From an uncultured Thermus sp. (GTDB taxonomy: Bacteria > Deinococcota > Deinococci > Deinococcales > Thermaceae): a stretch of 48,803 nt of DNA. Of this stretch, positions 37,337 to 48,692 are shown piece after piece. A model generated the notes under the pieces. The model had not been told where the DNA came from. It saw only the letters and a list, made by a program, of their open reading frames with translations, and ran no database searches. The stretch lies in NCBI GenBank assembly GCA_947085095.1, contig CAMTVD010000021.1, forward strand, positions 1 to 48,803, written 5' to 3'. Position 1 is the stretch's first letter; each line of letters starts with the position of its first letter. Position numbers and translations under genes: made by a program.

Positions 37337-39577
37337 ATGGGCTACGTGCCGCCCCCCACCCCCCAGCACGGCCTCGAGGAGGGCCCCGTCCTCCTCAAGG
37401 ACGGGCGCACCGCCCTCCTGAGGCGGGCCAGCAAGAAGGACCTCCCCCTCTTCATAGACTTCCTCAGGCGGCTTTCCCCGGAGTCCCTGCGCCTGCGCTT
37501 CTTCTCCCCCATCTCCCCGGAAAAGGCGGCGGAGCTCCTCCTCTCGGCCAAGCCGGACGAGGAGAAGGTGACCCTCATGGTCCTGGCCGGGGACCCCCCC
37601 AGGATGGTGGCCACGGGGGAGTACGTGCGGGTCAAGGGCCAGGACACCGCCGAGGTGGCCTTTTTGGTGGAGGACGCCTACCAGGGGAAGGGCCTCGGCA
37701 CCCTCCTTTTGGAGAGGCTCGCCCTCATCGCCGCCAAACGGGGCATAAGGCGCTTCCAGGCCTTCACCCTGGCGGAGAACCGGCCCATGCTGAACGTCTT
37801 CATGGAAAGCGGCTTCCGGGTGAAGGCCCACCGGGACGGGGGGGAGGTGGAGGTGGAGTTTGAGATCCTCATGGAGGAGGAGGCGGCCCGGCGCTTTGAG
37901 TGGCGGGAGAAGGTCTCCACCATCGCCAGCCTCCACCCCTTCTTCTTCCCCAAGGGAGTAGCGGTGGTGGGAGCGAGCCGCGACCCCGAGAGCATCGGCT
38001 ACCGGGTGGTGGAAAACCTCATCTTCGGCCGCTTCCAGGGGCCGGTCTGGCCGGTGAACGAGGCCATCGGCCAAGAGGGGGGGACGGTGGGGCCCCTTCT
38101 GGCCTACCCCAGCCTGGAACGCATTCCCGGCCCCGTGGACCTGGCGGTGATCGCCGTGCCCAAGGAGCGGGTGTGGGAGGCCCTCGAGGCCTGTGGCCGC
38201 CGGGGGGTGCGGGGGGCCATCGTCCTCACCACCGGCTTCACCCCCGAGGAGGCCAAGGCTCTGGCGGACAAGGCCCGCAGGCTCTCCATGCGCCTTTTGG
38301 GGCCAGGCTCTTTGGGCCTCACCCACACCGCCTCCCGCCTGGCGGCGGGCCTGGTCCCCCTGCCCAGAGGGGGGCCCTTGGCCATCTCCAGCCAGTCGGG
38401 CACCCTGGGCCGGGCGGTGATGGCCTACGCGGAGGGGATGGGGCTTGGGGTCTCCTCCTTCGTTTCCTTGGGGGCCAAGGCGGACATCTCCTCCAACGAC
38501 CTTCTGCAGTTCTGGGAGGAGGACGAGGCCACCCGGGTCATCCTTCTTTATCTAGAAAGCTTCGGCAACCCCAGGCGCTTCTCCCGCCTGGCCCGGCGGA
38601 TCGGGAAGAGGAAGCCCCTCCTGGCCGTCCACCCCTCCCGCGACCCCCTGGTGCGGACCCTTTTTGCCCAGGCCGGGGTGGTACGGGCCAACAGCCTGGA
38701 GGAGGCCTTTGACGTGGCCGCCCTCCTCTCCCTGGGCCGCCTCCCGGAAAACCGGCGGGTATGCCTCATCTCCAACGCCTCTGGCCCCTCCAACCTGGCC
38801 CTCGAGGCCCTGAAGGAGGGGGGCCTGGAGGTGGAGCACAAGGACCTGGGCTCGGAGGCCAAAGCCGGGGATTTCCAGAAGGCTTTGGAAGAAGCCCTTG
38901 CGGGCAAGGCGGGAAGCCTTTTCCTTCTCTTCGTGCCCATGGGCTTTGCCCGGGAGGAAGAGGTTCTGGCCCTCCTCCGGGAGGCCAGGAGCGAAAAGCT
39001 CCTCCTGGCCTGCTTCATGGGCGGCGAAGGACCCAGGGCCAGGCTCTGGGGCCAGGCGGTCCTCTACCGCTTCCCCGAGTCCGCGGCCATCGCCCTAAGC
39101 CGGGCCTGGGGCTACCGCAGGTGGCGGGAAGAACCCCTGGTCTTCCCCGACTTCCCCGACCTCAGGGTGGAGGAGGCGAGGAGGCTTTTGGAGGGGAAGA
39201 AGGAGCTGGGCCCAGAGGAGGCCAAGGCCCTCCTCCTGGCCTTTGGCCTACCCCTGGGAGAGGGGCCAGGGGAGGGGGTCCGCTTGCGCCTCACCGCCAC
39301 CCCCCACCCCCTCTTCGGCCCCGTCCTCACCCTCCTCTTGCCCACCCCGTTGGGGGAGGAACTCCTGGGCCTCCGCCTTACCCCCCTCACGGAGCGGGAT
39401 GCCCTGGAGCTCCTCCGGCCTCTGGAGGGACACCTGGACTCCGCCCCTTACCGGGAGCTCGTCCTCCGGGTCTCCCGCCTTTTGGAGGAGCTGCCCGAGG
39501 TGGAGCGCCTAGATCTGGAGCTTTCGGGCCCCCGGGTGGCCCGCTACAGAGTGACCCTTGCCCATGGAAATCGCTAG
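37337..39577 (+). CDS. GNAT acetyltransferase fused to NDP-forming acyl-CoA synthetase-like domains (Pat-type protein lysine acetyltransferase)
   Basis: N-terminal GNAT (AEVAFLV..YQGKGLG), CoA-binding VAVVGAS, SQSG, LYLESFGNP. Confidence 0.87.
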   Translation: MGYVPPPTPQHGLEEGPVLLKDGRTALLRRASKKDLPLFIDFLRRLSPESLRLRFFSPISPEKAAELLLSAKPDEEKVTLMVLAGDPPRMVATGEYVRVKGQDTAEVAFLVEDAYQGKGLGTLLLERLALIAAKRGIRRFQAFTLAENRPMLNVFMESGFRVKAHRDGGEVEVEFEILMEEEAARRFEWREKVSTIASLHPFFFPKGVAVVGASRDPESIGYRVVENLIFGRFQGPVWPVNEAIGQEGGTVGPLLAYPSLERIPGPVDLAVIAVPKERVWEALEACGRRGVRGAIVLTTGFTPEEAKALADKARRLSMRLLGPGSLGLTHTASRLAAGLVPLPRGGPLAISSQSGTLGRAVMAYAEGMGLGVSSFVSLGAKADISSNDLLQFWEEDEATRVILLYLESFGNPRRFSRLARRIGKRKPLLAVHPSRDPLVRTLFAQAGVVRANSLEEAFDVAALLSLGRLPENRRVCLISNASGPSNLALEALKEGGLEVEHKDLGSEAKAGDFQKALEEALAGKAGSLFLLFVPMGFAREEEVLALLREARSEKLLLACFMGGEGPRARLWGQAVLYRFPESAAIALSRAWGYRRWREEPLVFPDFPDLRVEEARRLLEGKKELGPEEAKALLLAFGLPLGEGPGEGVRLRLTATPHPLFGPVLTLLLPTPLGEELLGLRLTPLTERDALELLRPLEGHLDSAPYRELVLRVSRLLEELPEVERLDLELSGPRVARYRVTLAHGNR

Positions 39578-40334
39578 CCCCAAAAACCCCAAGGTGAAGG
39601 CCCTAGCCGCCCTAAAGGAGCGCAAGGAGCGGGAACGGACGGGCCTCTTTCTGGTAGAGGGGAGGCGGGAGGTGGAAAGGGCCCTGAAGGCGGGCTTGGA
39701 GCTGGCCCTTCTCCTCTTGGGCCCCAAGGCCTCCCCCGAGGACCGCCTCCTCTCGGAGGGCCAGGAGGTCCTCCTCCTCTCCCAGGCGGCTTTGGAACGG
39801 GTCTCCAGCCGGGAAAACCCCGCCCAGGTTCTGGGGGTTTTCCGCATCCCCCAAAAGGACCTCTCCCAGGTGCGCCTTCCGCAGAACCCCCTGGCCCTGG
39901 TGCTTCTGGGCCTGGAGAAGCCGGGGAACCTGGGGGCCATCCTGCGCTCCGCCGACGGGGCGGGGGCGGACCTGGTCCTGGTAGCGGAAGGGGTGGACCT
40001 CTTCAGCCCCCAGGTGATCCGCAACTCCACGGGAGCGGTCTTCTCCCTGCCCGTCTTTCCCGTGGCCGAGGGGGAGGCGGCCCGCTTTCTGGAGGAAAAG
40101 GGCCTACCCCTGGTGGCCGCCACCCCGAGGGGGGAGAGGGTCTACTGGGAGGAGGACTATAAGCGGGGCGTGGCCTTCCTCCTGGGGGCGGAGGACCAGG
40201 GCCTATCGGAAGGGTGGCTCAGGCGGGCCCACGCCCGGGTGCGCATCCCCATGCGGGGCCAGGCGGACAGCCTCAACGTCTCCGTGAGCGCCGCCCTTCT
40301 CCTCTACGAGGCCCTGCGCCAGCGCTCCTTATAA
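39564..40334 (+). CDS. TrmH/SpoU-family RNA methyltransferase
   Basis: PGNLGAILRSA, GAEDQGL, IPM.G..SLNVS SPOUT motifs. Confidence 0.93.
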   Translation: MEIASPKNPKVKALAALKERKERERTGLFLVEGRREVERALKAGLELALLLLGPKASPEDRLLSEGQEVLLLSQAALERVSSRENPAQVLGVFRIPQKDLSQVRLPQNPLALVLLGLEKPGNLGAILRSADGAGADLVLVAEGVDLFSPQVIRNSTGAVFSLPVFPVAEGEAARFLEEKGLPLVAATPRGERVYWEEDYKRGVAFLLGAEDQGLSEGWLRRAHARVRIPMRGQADSLNVSVSAALLLYEALRQRSL

Positions 40335-40351
40335 GACCCCCCTCAACCCCC

Positions 40352-40381
40352 TTGACAGGAACCTGTGGGGGTGGGAATAAT
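40352..40381 (+). promoter_or_regulatory. groESL promoter
   Basis: TTGACA, 18 nt, AATAAT. Confidence 0.65.
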
Positions 40382-40391
40382 AACCCTTGGT

Positions 40392-40418
40392 TTGACACTC
40401 TCACCCTTTGAGCGTCAA
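40392..40418 (+). promoter_or_regulatory. CIRCE-like element (HrcA operator), variant
   Basis: TTGACACTC-N9-GAGCGTCAA versus canonical TTAGCACTC-N9-GAGTGCTAA, between promoter and groES. Confidence 0.75.
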
Positions 40419-40432
40419 AGGAGGGAGTGCCT

Positions 40433-40738
40433 ATGGCAACGGAGGTGAAGACGGTGATCAAGCCCCTAGGCGACCGGGTAGTGGTCAAGCGGATTGAGGA
40501 GGAGCCCAAGACCAAGGGCGGGATCGTGCTCCCCGACACGGCCAAGGAGAAGCCCCAGAAGGGCAAGGTCATCGCCGTGGGCACGGGCCGCATCCTGGAC
40601 AACGGGCAGAAGGTGCCCCTCGAGGTCAAGGAGGGGGACATCGTGGTCTTCGCCAAGTACGGCGGCACCGAGATTGAGATTGACGGCGAGGAGTACGTGA
40701 TCCTCTCCGAGCGGGACCTCTTGGCGGTCCTTTCCTAA
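40433..40738 (+). CDS. groES: Co-chaperonin GroES
   Basis: [32 protein letters not shown]. Confidence 0.98.
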   Translation: MATEVKTVIKPLGDRVVVKRIEEEPKTKGGIVLPDTAKEKPQKGKVIAVGTGRILDNGQKVPLEVKEGDIVVFAKYGGTEIEIDGEEYVILSERDLLAVLS

Positions 40739-40747
40739 AGGAGGTGA

Positions 40748-42382
<1,635 letters not shown>

Positions 42383-42395
42383 CCTGAGCTAGGGA

Positions 42396-42424
42396 GGGGC
42401 TGGGCTTTGGCCCAGCCCCCTTTT
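42396..42424 (+). terminator. Intrinsic terminator after groEL
   Basis: GGGGCTGGGC-TTTG-GCCCAGCCCC followed by CTTTT. Confidence 0.8.
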
Positions 42425-42452
42425 CCTTTGCATCCCACCAAGCCCCAGGCCC

Positions 42453-45400
42453 TTAGAAGGGGACCACCTCCTCTTTGGCCCCGCCCCCATTCCCCTGCAG
42501 GAAGACCTCCCGGTCCGGCACCAGGTAGGCGCGGAAGCCCTCGGCCTCCAAAAGGCCCAGGACCTCCTCCCCCACCCGGACCTCCCGCAGGGCAAAAAGG
42601 GCCTCGCCGAAGGGCCCCTGGACCCTGAGGTAAAGGGGCAGGCTCCCGGGATGCTCGTCCAGAAGGCTCTTTAGATGGGCCACCCCCTTCTCGTCCAATA
42701 GGGCGTGGTCCACCTCCACCTCCAGGGCCCGGGGGGCCTCGAGGACCTCCTCCAGGGTCCAGACCGCCTGGGCCAGGACCCTGAGCTCCTCGCCCTTTTC
42801 CACCTCCGCCAGCACCAGAAGAGGGGTGTCCTCCTTGAGCTTGGGGGAGACCCCCTCGTAGGCGCGGCCAAAGGCCACCACCTCCAAGGCCCCGGTCTCG
42901 TCGGAGAGGGTGAAGCGGGCCATCATGCCCCCGGAGCGGGTGGGCTTGCGCGCCACCCCCTCCACCATGCCGGCGAGGAGAACCCGGGGCTTCCCGGGAA
43001 ACCCCCGCACGAACTCGGGAAGCTCCTCCAGGGAGCAGCTCGCCACCTCCCGGAGCCCGGGGTAGCGGAGCACGGGGTGGCCGGAGACGTAGATCCCCAG
43101 GGCCTCCTTCTCGTAGCGGAGCCGGGTGATCTCGTCCAGGGGCGAGGCCTCCACCAAAGGGGGCTCCTCCACCTCGGCGAAGAGGCCCAGCATCCCAGAG
43201 CGAGCCCGCTCTCGGCCTTCCGCCGCCCAGCGGAGGAGGGGCTCCAAAGAGGCGAGGAGCCGGGCCCGGTCCCCAAAGGCGTCCAAGGCCCCCGCCTTCA
43301 CCAAGGACTCCAGGGCCCTTTTGTTCACCACCTGCTCGGGAAGGCGCTTCAGGAAGTCCCCCAGGCTCTTAAAGGGGCCGCCCCTTTCCCGCTCTTCCAG
43401 AATGGCCCGGGCCGCCATCTCCCCCACGTTCTTCACCGCCGAGAGCCCGAAGAGGATCTCCTCCCCCACCACCTTGAAGTCAAAGCCCGAGCGGTTGATG
43501 TCCGGGGGGAGGACGGGGATGCCCATGGCCCGGGCGTCCCGGATGTACTCCGCCACCTTGTCGGAATCGTGGCGCTCCACGCTGAGGAGGGCGGCCATGA
43601 ACTCCACGGGGTAGTGGGCCTTCACGTAGGCGGTCTGGTAGGAGAGGAGGCTGTAGGCGGCGGCGTGGGAGTTGTGGACGATGACGTCCTCGGCCACGAA
43701 GGTGTGGGTCCCCTCCACGGTGAGGTCAAAGACCTCCTCCTCCCCCAAGGGCTCTATGGCCTCCACCCGGTCCCAGTAGACCTCGGCCTGGGCCAGGCGC
43801 AGTAGGGCCAGGCTTCCCGTGAGGGCCGCCAAGCGCCCAAGGGTAGCCCGGGAAAGCCCCCCCGGGCGAAGGAGCCCCCGGGCCAGGCCGGCCTCCTTCA
43901 AGAGGGCCGCCACCTGACCCCGGGAGGCCTCGGCCAGGGCCTCTTTTACGGTCTCCAGGAAGGCGAGGGGGAGGATGTCCTTGGTGCTCCGGCCCGCCGC
44001 CTCCCAGGAGGCCAGGAGGGCCTCCAGGTCCCGCCGCCTCTTGCCGACGAGGTGGGGTCCGATGACCTGGGCAAAGCGGTGGGCGGCCTCGAGGCCCCCC
44101 AGGAGGTAGACGGCGTACCCCGTGCGCCCCTCCTTGTAGGCGAAGCGCTTTTCCACCAGCCGGCTCTGCAGGCCCAGCCTGAGGAGGAGGTGCTGCACCC
44201 CTTCCGCCAGGGCCCGGGAGGCGGTGGCGTAGTGGATGAGGCGGCCCCCGGGGTCCACCCCTCCCTCCCCCGTCCAGAGCCGCCCCAGGAAGCGGGCCAC
44301 CTCCTCGGGGGGAAGCCGGTAGACCACCTCGGGCAGGCGCTTTTCCCGAGCGGAAAGCCCCAAAAGCCCCTGCTCCCGCAAGAAGGCCACCGCCCCCGCC
44401 TCCCGCTTCCGGTCCCGCCGCCCCACGTAGAGGTGGGCCACCCCCCTTCGCCAGGCCACCCGGGTGCGGGTGTTGGGGAAGCGCTTCAGGGCCTCCTCCA
44501 TGGCGGCGAGCTCCTCCTCCGAGGAGGTGTAGAGGTAGAAGCCGGAGGGGTGGCGGAGGTTGCCCTCGGCCAAGGCGAAGCCCAGGAGGTCCAGCTCAAA
44601 GGGGGCCAGGTGGGCCGAGGGCCGGTAGGGCAGGTGGCGGGGAAGGGCCACGTAGTCCCCCGGGGCCAGGGCCCCCAAGGGCCGCCACCCTTGAGGGGTG
44701 AAAAGGGGGTGGTTGGCGGTGGCCTCCAGAACCCTGCCCGTGGCGGTGCGCAGGGCGTAGACCCGGGCCCGGCCGCTGGAGAAGGCGGCCACCACCGGCC
44801 TCGGCACCAGGCGCAGGGTGGCCTCGTCCAGGGAGGCCACCTCCAGGCCCTGCACCTCCCCCCTCACCACCTCCTCCAGACGCACGAGCCTCCCGGTGCG
44901 GTGGTCCACCACCCGGGCCCTTCCCGGCAGGCACTTGTTGAAGCCATAGTTGGCGAAGGCCTCCAGCATGTCAAAGAGCCGGTTGGCCTCCTCCTCGGGC
45001 ACGCCCCGCTCCTTGGCCCCCCGGACGAAGCGCTCGCGGTGGGCCTTCATCTCCTCCACCTTCTTCTTGCCCATGGAGTTGTGGACCAAGAGGTCCCCGG
45101 CAACGAAGTTGGCAAAGGGGGGCACCCGGAGGTCAAAGGTGCGGGCCTTCCCCAAAGGCTCCACCGCCACGATGGGGTCCCACAGGACCTGGCCCTCCGC
45201 CAAAGCCACAAGGCCCGGGTCAGCAAAGGCCTTCCCCAAGAGGAGCAAGCGGTGACGGGAAAGGTAACGGCGGGGAGTCTTTAGATTGAGACCGCTAGAA
45301 AGGTGGCCGCCCGCAACCCCAACCCTCCTCCCCGCCTCGCTCCAGGAAAGCCCACTCCTCCTTTTGGCCTCCGAGATGCGGTAGGCCACCGAGGAGGGCA

Positions 45401-48400
45401 CGAGGCGAAGGTGCCAACCCTGCCCTAAAAGCCGCCTTTTGGCCTCGTTCTCCAGGGCGGCCATCCGCTCCCGCTTGGCCCCCAGGAGGTGGGGGCCGAT
45501 GACCTCTGCAAAGCGGAGGATGTCCTCCCGCCCCGAGATCAGGACCTCGTGGGCCCTGGGCCCCCTGGAGCGCACCTGGCCTACGATCCCCAAGCGGAGG
45601 AGAAGGTGGGCCACGTCCTCCACAAGGGCCAGGCTCGCCGAGCTGTAGGAGATCCGCACCCTCTCCACCGAACCATCGGTGCTGAAAAGGCGCCCGAGGA
45701 AAAGGGCCAGGGCCTCCTTATGGTAACGGAACACCTCCTCGGGGACCCGCTTCTCCTCCGCTCTTGCCACCATGCCGGCCTCTTCCACCAGGCGCTTCAC
45801 CGGGTCCTGGGCCCCTGGCTTCGGGGCGGAGGTGGCCAGGGTCACCACCCCCGTGGTGGGGTGCACGTAGGCCTTGACCCTGGCCCCCAAGGCTTCGGCG
45901 GACCGCCGGTAGGCAGCCAGGAGCTCGGGATCCTTGGAGTAGAAATAGGCGTTGGGCTTCGGCCCCTTGGGATGGGAAACCCTCGTGTTCCCGTCCCCCA
46001 GGAGCAAGGCCAAAAGGGTGATGCGCTCCTCGGGCGGGGCCAGGTGCCCACCCGTGGGAAGCTCTGCGGGAACGGCGATGGGGGTGCCCAGGGGCAGGTC
46101 GCAGAGGGGCTTCCACCCCTCCAGGGTCAGGAGGGGATGGTCGGGAGTGAGGACCAGGGTACGACCGCTTCTGGTCCTAAGCCGGACCACTTCTTGTACG
46201 CCGCTTTCCAGGACCTCCAGCACCGGGACCCGGTAGAAGCGGTAATCGGGCCCAAGGGAGAGGACCTCCATCCCGGGCTTCACCGCCTCTATGGGGACCC
46301 TCTGCCCCGTGGCGGCATCCAAGACCAGGCTCCCCTCCGCCAAGCACCGGCGCAAAAGGTCCGCCTCCCCCAGGGAGTACCCCGCCACCGCCGAGGCGAT
46401 CTGCATGATCTGCTCCTGGTAGACGGGGATGCCGTAGGTTTCCTCCAGGATGGGCCTTAAGTACTTCTCCGCGTGGGGAAACTCGCTGTAGCCCACGGGC
46501 TCCTGGCCGTGGTGGCGGCGGATGTAGGCGGGGATGTGCTCCATGGGCCCGGGGCGGTAGAGGGAGACCAGGGCGATGATGTCCTCTATGCGCCTCGGTT
46601 TCAGGCCCCGCACCGTGGCCGTCATCCCCCCGGACTCCAGCTGGAAGACCCCCTTGGTCTCCCCCCGGGAGAGGAGGGCGAAGGTCTTGGGGTCGTCCAG
46701 GGGGAGGCGGTCGTAGTCCAGCTCCACCCCCCTGGACTCCTTGACGATCCGCTTGGCCTCGTCCAGGAAGCTGAGGGTCCTGAGGCCCAGGAAGTCCATC
46801 TTGAGAAGGCCCAGGGCCTCCACCGCCCCCATCTCGTACTGGGTCACGGGGCGGCCCTCCTGGTCCCGCATGAGGGGGACCAGGTCGGTGAGGGGCTCGG
46901 CGGCGATGACCACCCCGGCGGCGTGGACCGAGGCGTGGCGGTTCAGGCCCTCGAGGCGCATGGCCACCTCTATGACCTGGCGGATCCGCTCGTCCTTCTC
47001 CATCTCCGCCTTAAGCTCCGGCACCACCTGGACCGCCTCCTGCAGGGGCTTGGGCTTGCCGTACTGCACGGGGATCAGCTTGGCCAGCTCCTCTGCCCGC
47101 TTGTGGGGGATGCCGTAGACCCGGGCCACGTCCTTCAGGGCCGCCTTGGAGGCCAGGCTCCCGAAGGTGCCGATCTGGGCCACCCTGTCCTCCCCGTACC
47201 GCTCCCGCACGTACTGGATAACCCTGTCCCGCTCCCGGTCGGAGAAGTCGGTGTCAATGTCGGGCATGGAGACCCGCTCGGGGTTCAGGAAGCGCTCAAA
47301 GAGGAGGCCGAAGCGCAGGGGGTCAATGTTGGTGATGCCCACGGCGTAGGCCACCAGGCTCCCGGCGGCGCTCCCCCGGCCCGGCCCCACGGAGATGCCC
47401 TGGTCCTTGGCCCAGTTGATGTAGTCCTGGACGATGAGGAAGTAGCCAGGGAAGCCCATGCGCTCAATGACGGCAAGCTCGTAAAGGGCCCGGTGGAGGA
47501 TGGCCTCGGCGGTCCACTCCCGGACCTCCTCCAGAGGGGGAAGCCGCCTCTTAAGCTCCTCCCAAGCCTCCCCCTCCACCCGGGCCAGGGCCTCCGCCAG
47601 GGCCCCTTCGTCCCCATGGGGAGGGATCCTGCCCAAGAGGCGGAAGACCTCCCGGTAGAAGGCCCCGGTGATGCGGTCGGGGTAGCGCCTTAGGAGACCC
47701 AGGAAGGTGAGTTCCCTGAGGTACTGGGCCTCGGTGCGCCCCTCGGGGAGGGGAAAGCGGGGAATGCGGTAGACCATCCGGTCCCCGATGGGCAGGTCCA
47801 CCTGGCACATCCGGGCGATCTCCACGGTGTTGTCAAAGGGCTCGTCCCCCCACTCCTCCTCGGGGAGCATGGCCCGCATCTCCTCCGGGGTCTTCACGTA
47901 GAACTCGTCGCAGGGGAAGCGCCAGCGATTGGGATCGTCCAGGGTGGTCTTGGACTGGATGGCGAGAAGGACCTCGTGGGCCCGGGCGTCCTCCCTTTTC
48001 ACGTAGTGGCCGTCGTTGGTGGCCACCATCCCCAGGCCGTATTTGCGGGCGAACTCCTTGAGGACCTGGTTGACCTTTTTCTGCTCGGGCAGGCCGTGGT
48101 TCTGGATCTCTATGAAGAAGCGGTCGCCGAAGATGGAGAGGTACTCGTTGAGCCGGGCCTCGGCCAGGTCCAGGCGGTCCTGGAGGATGAACTGGGGGAT
48201 CTCCGCCCCCAGGCAGCCGGAGAGGGCGATGAGGCCCTCGGAATGCTCCCTCAGGATCTCCCGGTCAATGCGGGGCTTCTCGTAAAAGCCCTCCAGATAG
48301 GCCCTCGAGGCCAGGCGCACTAGGTTCTGGTAGCCGGTGAAGTCCTTGGCCAGCAGGGTGAGGTGGAAGTACCCCCCGTCCAGGCCCTTCCCCCTTTTGC

Positions 48401-48647
48401 GGTCAAAGCGGCTTTCCGCCGCCACATAGGCCTCGTAGCCGATGATAGGCTTCACCCCCAAGGCGGTGGCCTTCTGGTAAAACTCCACGGCCCCAAAGAG
48501 GTTGCCGTGGTCGGTCATGGCCAGGGCGGGGTCCTCGGGCGTGGTCTCCTTGACCCACTTGAGGAGGTCCTGGAGCTTGGCCGCCCCGTCCAGGAGGGAG
48601 AACTGGGTGTGCTGGTGCAGGTGGGCGAACTTGAGCTTGGACCCCAT
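42453..48647 (-). CDS. dnaE: DNA polymerase III alpha subunit precursor with two inteins (2064 aa; about 1220 aa after splicing)
   Basis: PHP HLHQHT, GRGSAAGS, PDIDTD, KMDFLGL, YGFNK/SH; start trimmed to ATG 48647. Confidence 0.97.
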   Translation of the reverse strand: MGSKLKFAHLHQHTQFSLLDGAAKLQDLLKWVKETTPEDPALAMTDHGNLFGAVEFYQKATALGVKPIIGYEAYVAAESRFDRKRGKGLDGGYFHLTLLAKDFTGYQNLVRLASRAYLEGFYEKPRIDREILREHSEGLIALSGCLGAEIPQFILQDRLDLAEARLNEYLSIFGDRFFIEIQNHGLPEQKKVNQVLKEFARKYGLGMVATNDGHYVKREDARAHEVLLAIQSKTTLDDPNRWRFPCDEFYVKTPEEMRAMLPEEEWGDEPFDNTVEIARMCQVDLPIGDRMVYRIPRFPLPEGRTEAQYLRELTFLGLLRRYPDRITGAFYREVFRLLGRIPPHGDEGALAEALARVEGEAWEELKRRLPPLEEVREWTAEAILHRALYELAVIERMGFPGYFLIVQDYINWAKDQGISVGPGRGSAAGSLVAYAVGITNIDPLRFGLLFERFLNPERVSMPDIDTDFSDRERDRVIQYVRERYGEDRVAQIGTFGSLASKAALKDVARVYGIPHKRAEELAKLIPVQYGKPKPLQEAVQVVPELKAEMEKDERIRQVIEVAMRLEGLNRHASVHAAGVVIAAEPLTDLVPLMRDQEGRPVTQYEMGAVEALGLLKMDFLGLRTLSFLDEAKRIVKESRGVELDYDRLPLDDPKTFALLSRGETKGVFQLESGGMTATVRGLKPRRIEDIIALVSLYRPGPMEHIPAYIRRHHGQEPVGYSEFPHAEKYLRPILEETYGIPVYQEQIMQIASAVAGYSLGEADLLRRCLAEGSLVLDAATGQRVPIEAVKPGMEVLSLGPDYRFYRVPVLEVLESGVQEVVRLRTRSGRTLVLTPDHPLLTLEGWKPLCDLPLGTPIAVPAELPTGGHLAPPEERITLLALLLGDGNTRVSHPKGPKPNAYFYSKDPELLAAYRRSAEALGARVKAYVHPTTGVVTLATSAPKPGAQDPVKRLVEEAGMVARAEEKRVPEEVFRYHKEALALFLGRLFSTDGSVERVRISYSSASLALVEDVAHLLLRLGIVGQVRSRGPRAHEVLISGREDILRFAEVIGPHLLGAKRERMAALENEAKRRLLGQGWHLRLVPSSVAYRISEAKRRSGLSWSEAGRRVGVAGGHLSSGLNLKTPRRYLSRHRLLLLGKAFADPGLVALAEGQVLWDPIVAVEPLGKARTFDLRVPPFANFVAGDLLVHNSMGKKKVEEMKAHRERFVRGAKERGVPEEEANRLFDMLEAFANYGFNKCLPGRARVVDHRTGRLVRLEEVVRGEVQGLEVASLDEATLRLVPRPVVAAFSSGRARVYALRTATGRVLEATANHPLFTPQGWRPLGALAPGDYVALPRHLPYRPSAHLAPFELDLLGFALAEGNLRHPSGFYLYTSSEEELAAMEEALKRFPNTRTRVAWRRGVAHLYVGRRDRKREAGAVAFLREQGLLGLSAREKRLPEVVYRLPPEEVARFLGRLWTGEGGVDPGGRLIHYATASRALAEGVQHLLLRLGLQSRLVEKRFAYKEGRTGYAVYLLGGLEAAHRFAQVIGPHLVGKRRRDLEALLASWEAAGRSTKDILPLAFLETVKEALAEASRGQVAALLKEAGLARGLLRPGGLSRATLGRLAALTGSLALLRLAQAEVYWDRVEAIEPLGEEEVFDLTVEGTHTFVAEDVIVHNSHAAAYSLLSYQTAYVKAHYPVEFMAALLSVERHDSDKVAEYIRDARAMGIPVLPPDINRSGFDFKVVGEEILFGLSAVKNVGEMAARAILEERERGGPFKSLGDFLKRLPEQVVNKRALESLVKAGALDAFGDRARLLASLEPLLRWAAEGRERARSGMLGLFAEVEEPPLVEASPLDEITRLRYEKEALGIYVSGHPVLRYPGLREVASCSLEELPEFVRGFPGKPRVLLAGMVEGVARKPTRSGGMMARFTLSDETGALEVVAFGRAYEGVSPKLKEDTPLLVLAEVEKGEELRVLAQAVWTLEEVLEAPRALEVEVDHALLDEKGVAHLKSLLDEHPGSLPLYLRVQGPFGEALFALREVRVGEEVLGLLEAEGFRAYLVPDREVFLQGNGGGAKEEVVPF
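43671..44933 (-). mobile_element. DnaE intein 2 with LAGLIDADG homing endonuclease (421 aa)
   Basis: YGFNK|CLPG ... VIVHN|SHAAAY; block B TANHPL; LLGFALAEG and FLGRLWTGEG. Confidence 0.93.
45078..46346 (-). mobile_element. DnaE intein 1 with LAGLIDADG homing endonuclease (423 aa)
   Basis: LLRR|CLAEG ... LLVHN|SMGKK; block B TPDHPL; LLALLLGDG and FLGRLFSTDG. Confidence 0.93.
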
Positions 48648-48692
48648 ACCCCACCAGTTTAGGGCTAAGTGCCAACCCCTTATCATGTCAAC

